From Nitrososphaerales archaeon (GTDB lineage Archaea > Thermoproteota > Nitrososphaeria > Nitrososphaerales > UBA213), in assembly GCA_965197925.1 (NCBI GenBank), contig CBDAOC010000020.1:768001-832000 (forward strand): 64,000 nucleotides of DNA, in the 5' to 3' direction. The translations under genes and the position numbers were made by a program. Of the stretch, positions 1 through 9,252 are shown piece after piece (positions within the stretch are counted from its first letter, which is position 1; each line of letters begins with the position of its first letter). Below the pieces are notes generated by a model. The model had not been told where the DNA came from. It worked only from the letters and a program-made list of their open reading frames with translations, and ran no database searches.

Positions 1-179
1 AACTTTTTCTGCTTGTGCATTAATTGTGTACTTTCCTACGATAATCATCAATGGCACTATTTTACTTTCGTATATTAATATGTTCTATCTCGAGTAAGAT
101 TCTTCTGTATTCAAAGTTCGATGTACTGGGTAATCTATCCAAGATTATACAAAATTAAAGTAAAGCAGTCGTAACGGTA

Positions 180-1304
180 TTAGCGGGAATTTCTAGGTGT
201 AAACGAACCTTCTGCATAGTTGTTCCTATCAGAACTGTAAACCGTCCATTCGATAATGGGCTTTGATCCATCCACCTTGAGTAGAAAATATGTTTTGCTA
301 CCAGAGTCAATAGGGTTGGTCGGACCTGAGAATATACCTTCGTTATCTCCAAATGATTCTCTAGTCCAATCTTTGGGCCCTTCGAATGCCTTTAGAATAG
401 CATCTGGAAGCAAAATCTTGAATTCATGAATAGATATCGTGCTATCATCCGAATTCCTTAAGCGTACGATGATCACCTCCCTGATCTGTTTTGCTTTAAC
501 TATTACCTCTAATTTCTCTTCAGGAGTATGAAGTTCAGCTTTCGAGATTTCGCCTTCCTCACTCCCTTCCAAACACAAGCTTCCCCAACTAAAAGGGGGC
601 GGTATCACATCCCGTAGCTTTGTAATATACTGAGTACCACCTGCATTAGCAGGCCATTCTAAAAAGCTGTTTGAATAACCATCATTAACGTAAACATACA
701 TTTTCATTGCATCATTAAGACTATATGCTGCTTTTGGTATTCTAAGTTCGTAACTTACATGCTTGTTAACGCTGTCATAAGGATTGTTCAATTGCGAATA
801 TGCCATCCTTCCCTCAAAAAACTCCATAGTTTCATAAGGGTCGTGTCCTTTCGCTTCTTGCAGAATAATCCATTCCCGACCATTTCCTCGCATGATACCA
901 TCTAAATGTGCACTTGGGTTTGTAAATCTATAGAAGCAGTAATCATTTGTGTCTGGTGCATTAATGCTATCATTTTTGGTATCAAAGCAAACCGCCCCGA
1001 GATCCCTGCTTCTCTCAAGCCCGTAATCTGAAATAAAATCTATCAAAACGTATACGAACAAGTTATCATGCTTGATCCTGAAGTATGCCGTCATCCCCTC
1101 ATTCTCAATCTTGGTCTCACTCGAATCGAGCCATTCGGTCTTAATAGTCCACCTGCCATCTAGTGTCATTGCCTTTCCCTGTGGTACAAGAATAGATTGA
1201 TCGTCCTTGATAGACGATACATCTAAAGTTTCAGTTAGTGGTGCCAATAACACAATTGAAAGAGATGATGCTGTCTTAGCAAAATTAGAGAAAAACAATG
1301 TCAT
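180..1304 (-). CDS. Secreted/surface protein with DOMON-like sugar-binding-type domain and a ~110 aa C-terminal module shared with the 8330-8774 ORF
   Basis: 374 aa ORF; hydrophobic N-terminus; TLDGRW...EWLD and FRIKHDNLFVYVLIDF...SYELRIPK resemble DOMON/CBM9-like domains; C-terminus aligns by eye with 8330-8774. Confidence 0.55.
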   Translation of the reverse strand: MTLFFSNFAKTASSLSIVLLAPLTETLDVSSIKDDQSILVPQGKAMTLDGRWTIKTEWLDSSETKIENEGMTAYFRIKHDNLFVYVLIDFISDYGLERSRDLGAVCFDTKNDSINAPDTNDYCFYRFTNPSAHLDGIMRGNGREWIILQEAKGHDPYETMEFFEGRMAYSQLNNPYDSVNKHVSYELRIPKAAYSLNDAMKMYVYVNDGYSNSFLEWPANAGGTQYITKLRDVIPPPFSWGSLCLEGSEEGEISKAELHTPEEKLEVIVKAKQIREVIIVRLRNSDDSTISIHEFKILLPDAILKAFEGPKDWTRESFGDNEGIFSGPTNPIDSGSKTYFLLKVDGSKPIIEWTVYSSDRNNYAEGSFTPRNSR

Positions 1305-1752
1305 TATGTTACTTACCTTTGTTATTTATTTCTGTTCGATTTTATAATAGAAAACAGAATTTTATCCAATCGTTATTATACTCTTATTTCCAAAGACCTA
1401 ATCTTAGATATGACGCTCATAATGTAGAATGTTGTTGCTATGCTATACCCTCAAGTTTTTCATTAATATTGATCCAGAGGTTTCTGGTTGATTCCATTAC
1501 TACTCTATCATCCATGGACACCTTTGCGAGCATATATTCTCTAACGCATCTATATTGACACGACATCAAGTTATCTTGTAGTACCATAGAGTCTAACAAT
1601 CATTTATTCACCGGCTTAAAGTGTTGGAAAGGTGATATCTAGCTATTTATATTAAAATTTATTTTGAAGATAGATTGTACCACAATTGATATGACTAGAA
1701 CAATTAATGAGTTCATGATAATATCTTTGGTAATTGAGTTTTATGTTGTGGG

Positions 1753-2886
1753 TTAATAAACATGTTTAGGAACTCTTGCTAAGCGTGTTACTCCTATGCC
1801 CATGGCAACAATCATGCCCATTACGGCCATAACTGCTACCGGAAATTCTGGTACAACTTCTATACTGAAATTATCCTCTATAGGTGAGGGGAGAGGCTCA
1901 AACTCAATTCCTACAACTTGGGCCGTGATAGTATAGCTTCTATTCTCGCCAAAAATAGGCCCGCTTATCCTGTAAGCACCTGTACTAGATTCTGACGAAT
2001 CTCCCTCTCCACCAGTTACCTCAACAGAACTAGAAGTCATAATTTGAAGCTCCAAGTTCCCGTCATGGTCATGGAACTTTTCACTCAGGATCTCCGTATC
2101 ACCGTTGATGATTGTGACTTTGTAGTCTAGATGATCTATCAGTCCTCGACTAATTGAATCTCCTTTAAACTCCTCTGCCCTTGCATTTAATGAGAGTATT
2201 ACCACATCGTTTGCCGTGCGATCGAACGGCAGAGCAGGATCAATGTTAAGATCAAAGTTTTTACCTCTTAAAATGGTACCTTCTTTAACCAACACATTGC
2301 CAATCATCCAAGGATGTAATTGACAGAGGTATGGATATTCACCAGCTGTATCAAATGTGTATTCAAATATTGAACCTGGTTGCATTAATCCAGAGTCGAA
2401 AAATTCACTCCAAGTACCTGGATCGTTAACATCCCCACTTGTTACTGTATGTGTCACAGTATCAGAATTAGTCCAAATTACAGTATCACCTACGTTAATC
2501 ATTATTTTCTCTGGGATGTAGAAACAACGATTACCTTGATTTGCTCCTCCTGCACATTGGTCTACAGTAAATGATTCTGCAAAGGCATCGTCCATGTTGA
2601 TAACTGCAGCAATTGGTATAATCAATAGTGCTAGCATCGCTTTTTTTGAAACAGCCTTCCTTGGAATTCTATTCAAATTACACTTAGCTTGTACAACACC
2701 TTGGCGCAATGAAATCTCTGGTCGCATTATGCATATGCCTGCTATCTGAGGTCTGACTTTAGGACTGCCCGCCAAGTCAACCAAACTGCGGGTTGAGAAT
2801 ATTGTTCGCTTTTTCTTTACGCTTTCTTCTTTTTCATTCAATTTCCCTTGATTTGACCCATTAACTTTCTGAGGATAACTAATCAA
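1753..2886 (-). CDS. Blue (type-1) copper protein, plastocyanin/azurin family, with PEF-CTERM archaeosortase signal; real start probably near 2637 (MLALLIIP)
   Basis: HTVTSG...GEYPYLCQLHPWM gives the H/C/H/M ligand set; C-terminal VVPEFP + TM helix + basic tail. Confidence 0.9.
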   Translation of the reverse strand: MISYPQKVNGSNQGKLNEKEESVKKKRTIFSTRSLVDLAGSPKVRPQIAGICIMRPEISLRQGVVQAKCNLNRIPRKAVSKKAMLALLIIPIAAVINMDDAFAESFTVDQCAGGANQGNRCFYIPEKIMINVGDTVIWTNSDTVTHTVTSGDVNDPGTWSEFFDSGLMQPGSIFEYTFDTAGEYPYLCQLHPWMIGNVLVKEGTILRGKNFDLNIDPALPFDRTANDVVILSLNARAEEFKGDSISRGLIDHLDYKVTIINGDTEILSEKFHDHDGNLELQIMTSSSVEVTGGEGDSSESSTGAYRISGPIFGENRSYTITAQVVGIEFEPLPSPIEDNFSIEVVPEFPVAVMAVMGMIVAMGIGVTRLARVPKHVY

Positions 2887-4873
2887 TGTACTTGATAACC
2901 CTCCCTATAATGATGTCAAGGTCAATCTGATTCATTTCACTCATATCCTTCAGGTCGTTCATCTTCATCAGTTTGTTTGTAACGGTATACAAGACATCTC
3001 CGATGTAGAAGGATCTACTTCCATATCCACCATATCCACGTTGAAGGAACGGATCGAACTCAGCGTTTGAATGGTCAACCTTCCCATTCAATGAAAATCC
3101 ATCTTCAGCATCAACTCCAAGAATGTAGAAACCATTCCACCCCTTTGGCTCATTGTACGTACCTTCCTCTTGCACTTTTAGAGTATTGAACTCTAGAGGA
3201 ATGGAAAGGACATCCTTCTTTTTATCGAAGAAGAAAGCTTTGTGATCGTATAAAGCCTCAGAATTCGTGGTTCTATCTCCTATAGTGAACACATCTACCT
3301 CTAAGGGATTGGATACGTCAGATACGTCAAATAGAGCTATCTTAATTCCTAGTGTAGCAACACCTCCTCTGTTGTTCTCTTTCGTATCCCTGCCTAAACC
3401 AATTATATGATTCTCATCGTATGGATGAAGGTAGTTTGAGAATCCAGGTATCTTTAGGTATCCAAGAACTTTTGGATTATTTTCGGAAAGATCTATTACG
3501 AAGAAAGGATCCACTTGCCTAAAGGTTACCAAATATAATTTATCACCCATGAATCTTGCAGAGTAGATTCTTTCATCGGATGCTATCTCTTCAAGCTTGC
3601 CCACAATTTCAAGATCTTCATCAAGTACGTAGATGTTGCTGTGCATGATTGTACCTTTAGGTGTGTATAATTCCGATGTTGTTGCAATTCTGAACTTGTT
3701 ATCAAATTCGTCCATGGAGAATTGATTAAGCACATGTCCAGGTACCTCTACACTTGAAGCATAATTCAGAGAGAGCCTGTCAATTGCTATCTTATGTATG
3801 ACTGTTCTCTCTCTCTCTTCTGCTAGAATTTCATACTCGTCCATGTAGTAACTGTAAGGATGATATTGATGATATTTTGGATAAGTTATGTAAATACCCT
3901 CTTCAGACACATATATCGTGCCAGTAGAATCCATCATGAATGTATCCGCATTGATCTTATCTCCAAAGATGTCAATAGCAGTAACAGTATTGAATGTATG
4001 GTAAAGTTCGTCGTCAAAGTAGTATACGTCGGGAGTTAGTATCGTATTTGACGATTCCATTACAGAGGGCAGTATTGGACTGTCATAATCGACATTGCTT
4101 CTGGCAATAAAGTAAACGTGATCTCCAATCATTCTAGCATCGTGATAATTCCCTCTCACACTGTAATTCTTAACAACTTTTGGATTTTCTATATCAGAGA
4201 TATCAAGCACCATCGCATTTGTATTGGTTGAGCTGCTTTGATAAAAGATAATCAGTCTGTCCTTTTTCAAGAACATGTTTTGAAGGTTTTGCTTTTGGAC
4301 TTCCAGACCAATCTTCGTAACTATAGTCGCGTTCTGTGGAGGATAAGCGTCTATTATGGTTAATTTATTTTTTGATAAGATGTAGACATACTTTCCATCA
4401 TTTTTTAGGAAGTCTGGTTCGTCTACACTTTGAACCTGTACATTAGTGGTTGAAAAGTCTACTAGTTCTGAACCGAACTGCCGTGAATTTTTCGCTGAAA
4501 CCACTTCCGCTGAAGCCGCTTCCGCTACTACAACCGCTTCCTCTGAAACAAGTTCGAGGAAGTAACCTCTACCATTGAACCTCTGTGTTTCTTGGACGTT
4601 TAGCAGAAATCTTTTCAATTCATCCTCGGAAGAGAACTTCTTTGGTTTATGGGTGGACTCGAACAAAAATGGGAGGATTCCTTCAGAAAGCTTCTCAATC
4701 TTCATCGATAATTCAACTCCACCTATCTTCCTGACCTTGTCAATGGAGCTATCAGCATCTGGCAAATTTCCACTTTGGACCATCAATCCTGACTGAACAG
4801 ACATTCCTGCTACTAGCAAGCCTGCCAATACTATCGGTATTGCATATTCTCTTAATTTTCCCTTCATTTCCAT
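2879..4873 (-). CDS. Secreted beta-propeller domain protein (COG4880/Beta_propel-like)
   Basis: STTNVQVQSVDEPDFLKNDG, NQFSMDE, ERIYSARFMGD, VTFRQVDPFFVIDL, LKIPGFSNYLHP motifs; N-terminal TM. Confidence 0.9.
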   Translation of the reverse strand: MEMKGKLREYAIPIVLAGLLVAGMSVQSGLMVQSGNLPDADSSIDKVRKIGGVELSMKIEKLSEGILPFLFESTHKPKKFSSEDELKRFLLNVQETQRFNGRGYFLELVSEEAVVVAEAASAEVVSAKNSRQFGSELVDFSTTNVQVQSVDEPDFLKNDGKYVYILSKNKLTIIDAYPPQNATIVTKIGLEVQKQNLQNMFLKKDRLIIFYQSSSTNTNAMVLDISDIENPKVVKNYSVRGNYHDARMIGDHVYFIARSNVDYDSPILPSVMESSNTILTPDVYYFDDELYHTFNTVTAIDIFGDKINADTFMMDSTGTIYVSEEGIYITYPKYHQYHPYSYYMDEYEILAEERERTVIHKIAIDRLSLNYASSVEVPGHVLNQFSMDEFDNKFRIATTSELYTPKGTIMHSNIYVLDEDLEIVGKLEEIASDERIYSARFMGDKLYLVTFRQVDPFFVIDLSENNPKVLGYLKIPGFSNYLHPYDENHIIGLGRDTKENNRGGVATLGIKIALFDVSDVSNPLEVDVFTIGDRTTNSEALYDHKAFFFDKKKDVLSIPLEFNTLKVQEEGTYNEPKGWNGFYILGVDAEDGFSLNGKVDHSNAEFDPFLQRGYGGYGSRSFYIGDVLYTVTNKLMKMNDLKDMSEMNQIDLDIIIGRVIKYID

Positions 4874-5015
4874 CCACGTATATAAGATAGCGGTGATTCT
4901 AAACCTAGGTTTTAGTACAAGGCTCCTGCCTCTGTTCGACTGTTTTGAACAGGAAGTTTCACTGGGATTTCTTCGTTAGAGTTAAGGCCTACCTTAAATT
5001 CTATAATGTCGGACG

Positions 5016-5474
5016 ATGAAAATGGGGAGCCCTGACCAAGATCCTAGTGATTGTATAAAAAAGGAACTGAAAGGTAAGACCTTAGATGTCTACTTTTACA
5101 TGCTAGATAAGGACCAGCCAGTTGGTGTGAGAGAGATACAACGAGCCCTAAACTTCAAAAGCCCAGGCATTGCTCAATATCACATACAGAGACTGTTTGA
5201 ATGGAAATTGGTCGGACAGGACAATTACGGCATGTATTATCTGCTATACAAGCTTACACCGCGAGATTTTAGAAGAATTTTTGGCAGACTGGTGCCCAAA
5301 ATGCTACTTTATGCTGTATTCTTCACCAACCTTTTAGTAACTTATGCAGGTCTGTCATTCAATATCCTTCCTAATCCACAGTCTTTCAACATCTTTGCAA
5401 TAGGTTTTGGAATCGCCGGCGCAACCATATTCTGGTTTGAAACAGTGAGAGCTTGGAAAAGGAGGGCGTTCTAA
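5016..5474 (+). CDS. Membrane-anchored winged-helix transcription regulator (wHTH + 2 TM)
   Basis: LKGKTLDVYFYML...VGVREIQRALNFKSPGIAQYHIQRL wHTH followed by two hydrophobic helices. Confidence 0.85.
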   Translation: MKMGSPDQDPSDCIKKELKGKTLDVYFYMLDKDQPVGVREIQRALNFKSPGIAQYHIQRLFEWKLVGQDNYGMYYLLYKLTPRDFRRIFGRLVPKMLLYAVFFTNLLVTYAGLSFNILPNPQSFNIFAIGFGIAGATIFWFETVRAWKRRAF

Positions 5475-6520
5475 TGTCTAGTATTATATTATCCGGCCAC
5501 CTTAGAGTATTTGATATGAGCAAGAAGGTTCTTTCTTCATATGCTGCTCTGGGAATGGGCTTGGCTGTGGTGATGGTCTTCGGACTAACTGTCCTCTCAA
5601 TGGTTGTGGATCAACCTTTACAAGATCAGTTCCTAGCTGCTGAGAGTGATTTACCACAAATAACTCCATCGGCACCAGAATTACCCAAGCCTTCAGAGCT
5701 TGAAGGTGTTACACCGCCTGCAAAGAAAGAAGAGAAGGCTGGTGACATGCAAGAGGAGGACCTTACAAAGGAAAAAGTCAGAGTGGAGCCAATAGGCGCT
5801 CAGCCTGCTATCACAAATATGCTGACGGTGGAAGGTCCATTCACGATTACTGTAGACCAATGTCCAGGTGCATCCAATCAGAGCAATGACTGCTTCTTCA
5901 CACCAGATGAAGTGACGATCGATGTAGGTGATACTGTGATTTGGACTAATTCTGATACTGTGACACATACAATAACAAGTGGAGTTGTTAACGATCCAGG
6001 TACTTGGGCTAAATTTTTCGACTCTGGACTAAGCAAACCAGGTTCAACATTTGAACACACATTTGTTACTGCTGGTGAATATCCATACCTCTGTCAATTA
6101 CATCCGTGGGCTGTTGGAATGGTGTTAGCCATTGAAACTATGAAAGAACCGCTCGCTGAATTGCCTGTAATTATTAAACCAGTATTGATAACTAGATCAG
6201 AATTGGTAGATGAGATAGGTAATCCTCTAACTTCTGCTGTTCTTGATACTCCTATTGGGATCGAAACCGAACTTGTGAATATAACAGTCGAAAAGATCGT
6301 GATGACCTATATCATACAGGTGAAAGATTCTGAAGGCGTAGCGGTATTCTTAACATGGATACGTGATTTACCATTACCACCAAACGAAAGTGCTAAACCA
6401 GGAATATTCTGGAAACCTTCAAAATCGGGTGATTATTCTATAGAGGTTTTTGTGTGGGAAAATACCTTTGAACCCACACCCTTGTCTTCTCCCAAAAGAA
6501 TAACAATAAGTGTGGAATAG
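5474..6520 (+). CDS. Membrane-anchored cupredoxin fused to a SlaA-type C-terminal Ig-like domain
   Basis: ATG overlaps the upstream TAA (TAATG); TM, Pro/Glu linker, HTITSG...YLCQLHPWA, then YIIQVKDSEGVAVFLTWI...IEVFVWE...P. Confidence 0.85.
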   Translation: MSSIILSGHLRVFDMSKKVLSSYAALGMGLAVVMVFGLTVLSMVVDQPLQDQFLAAESDLPQITPSAPELPKPSELEGVTPPAKKEEKAGDMQEEDLTKEKVRVEPIGAQPAITNMLTVEGPFTITVDQCPGASNQSNDCFFTPDEVTIDVGDTVIWTNSDTVTHTITSGVVNDPGTWAKFFDSGLSKPGSTFEHTFVTAGEYPYLCQLHPWAVGMVLAIETMKEPLAELPVIIKPVLITRSELVDEIGNPLTSAVLDTPIGIETELVNITVEKIVMTYIIQVKDSEGVAVFLTWIRDLPLPPNESAKPGIFWKPSKSGDYSIEVFVWENTFEPTPLSSPKRITISVE

Positions 6521-6652
6521 TTTTGATATTAATTCTATGAAGTAAATTTTACGATATAGCGTTTTCTCTCTCTATGATTAACCGCTGAATGGCATAGTCT
6601 TGATAGTTGATATTCTGAATTTGTTAATTCTATTGATAGTGGTGAAATTTGA

Positions 6653-6900
6653 ATGTCTAGTGAAGAGAAACAAGGTAAGATTACTATTAAGATAGAAATA
6701 ATGGATAAGATGGCTACATTGGTGACTGCTTCATTTGGTTTTGTTGCAGCACTAACTTGGAACGAGACTCTCAATATGATATGAGGAATTAGTTGGATCT
6801 GATCCAACTGTGTTGCTTATGGTGATATATGCTGTAATTATAACCATAGTTGCTGTGATTGTTACGATATTAATTGTAAGAGGGAAAGCTAGGGTTATAC
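6653..6900 (+). pseudogene. DUF5654-like small membrane protein, disrupted
   Basis: MSSEEKQ...MATLVTASFGFVAALTWNE ends at a TGA near 6782; the second helix (VIYAVIITIVAVIVT) follows in another frame. Confidence 0.6.
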
Positions 6901-7547
6901 CTACAGTGATAAAAGATCCTGAAAAACGAGACTACTGTCTCCACCTATTTTCTTTTCTTAAACCCGAGTATCTATTCTGTCTGACAAGGACAACACCGGA
7001 AATTGCAGGGCCTGAAAAGAATTTACGAAAGATGAAAGACATTAGAATAAAAAAAGGGAACTTGCCTATCTGACCCGTAAAATCACGATACACCAATTTG
7101 TAATTACATACACTAGGCAACCATCTGATTTTATGCATTCTTTTAGTAATCAAAATCAGAAACGGTTTGATTTCCAACAATGCGGAAAATCATCCCTAAT
7201 TATCAATTCTAACCAGAAGCAACATTAGATTGAAGCTATATGCCGGAAAATTGTTACTAAAATTATGGAAGCTTCGATGAGAGTTACTGTCAAGAACAAG
7301 AAGCGCCATTGGATTGGTTTAATTGAGATGAGTACAAGAGAACTCATGTTGTATATTGATAGATGAATAAATTAAGTAAAATTTAATCAACCTAAATGGA
7401 TTATTCCTGAAGAAAAAAGGTTTAAGGATTTGAGACTCGAGATTGCAAATACATTTACTAGTAATAAATACAGATTTGAAAAGTTCTCAAATTCTGTTTA
7501 AAATCCTTAAGTAATTGAATTTACTGATCTCTGTCTCTATAAACAAG

Positions 7548-8774
7548 ATGATCTTGGTTAGGATATCAGCAGTGCTACTAGCCAGCGTTATTCTAGTTTT
7601 ACCATTGGGCCAGGCGTTGGCTACCGAGCATGGAAAGCAAACGGCGGGTGGAGGAAAATGGTTTCCAAAGGGAATGCCAAAAGTAGGTACATCATATGAT
7701 ATTTCATTCTCTGGCAGTGCATCCATACCAGCTACAGATATCGTTAAACCTGCATCCGTACACTTATTCTTGAATATTACGGCCATTAAAACTGGGGGAG
7801 TTCCACAGGTTTCTCTAACACTTATCAAAGGAAGTGCAACAATCGGTGATAACACTTACCTCTTTACTAATGGCCAAACGACCATCAAACCAGTAAGTAA
7901 CGTCGACATACAGGGGTATAGTGAAGATAGAACAAATGTTCTGACTGCGTTTGCATCTTTAATGGGACGCTTACCATTATCAACTTCTGATCCATCTTCA
8001 GATATAGGACCAAGTAAATCTAGGCAGACAGTTACAATTCTAGTTGATAACAAAAGCTGGGTTATTAATTATTTCAGCGGGAGTATGAGCGTTTCTACGC
8101 CCACTGAAATTAGAGTACAAACCGAAAAGACAACTTATGATTTTGGAGACTCGGTAAGGATTACTGGAAATGTCACTCGACATGACGAACAGGTTTTCAT
8201 AAATGTAATAAATCCCGAAGGTGAAAGCTTCACTTTTATAACTCCCCCATTTCATCAGACAAGAATTTCAATACGGAATTTATTCTGAAACAAACAACAC
8301 TTGCACCTGATGGGATCTGGACAATTCGCTTGAATTATGCTGATAATATTAGTACTGAGATCAAATTTAATGTTGGAAAGTCTGCGACCTACGAACAGAC
8401 GGTGAATAAAATTGATTCCATAACAGGCAAGAGCATCGCGAATGTTAAGGTTCAAGCCAAACAGATTAAGGACCTTATTATCATACGTGTCAGGAATATG
8501 GAAGATAACGAAATAGATATTCATTCATTTAAGATAATTGTACCTGATTCATCACTGAAGGCCTTCAAAGGGCCTGGAGACTGGACTAAGGAGGGTTTGC
8601 TAGATAATGGAGCAATGTTTTCAGCAACAGATGATCCTATTAAGGTGGATGATAAAGGGTACTTCCTTCTTTAGGGTAGGCGATGTGAAGCCGATAATTC
8701 AATGGGAAGTATACGGTTTAGATAGCACGCCATTGAAAGAAGGTTCAGTTACACCTTTCATGAGAGTAGAGTAA
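7548..8774 (+). pseudogene. Secreted multi-Ig-domain surface protein split by two frameshifts
   Basis: Signal peptide; frame shifts at the C-run near 8245 (continues ISSDKNFNTEF...RLNYADN) and the T-run near 8670 (continues RVGDVKPIIQWEVY...RVE*), matching the C-terminus of the 180-1304 protein. Confidence 0.75.
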
Positions 8775-9252
8775 GCAACTTGCTTTATTTATCACATGAA
8801 ATCATCAACTGTCAATAAACATCCGGCGTAACTTAATTTTCAATTCCCAACCTTCTCGCCATCATTCCCAACTTCATCATTATTGGAGCTACTTGTATCG
8901 AGTATGATGGTTTCAGATAGATCCACAAATAAGTTAAGACTTATTTTTTGGCGATTCTAATTATGTAAGAATATTCTTGACAAACAAGTTAGTCTTCCTT
9001 CTAGCAAAGTGATATCCGCTTTAGCAACTACAAGAGTAGAACTAATCTACTGAAGAGGTGGTTATCTATGTTCATGGGTGCCAAAAAGTTCAACCTGCAG
9101 ATCTACGCAAGGACATTCCAGTTCCTACATAACAACAAACATATGAATATCCATGAGAAATTTATGAAGATATTACCAGTCTTAGTTATAACAACAACAT
9201 TCTACATTATGAGCTACAAGACCTTTATGGCAGGAAAGAGTATATATTAAAT

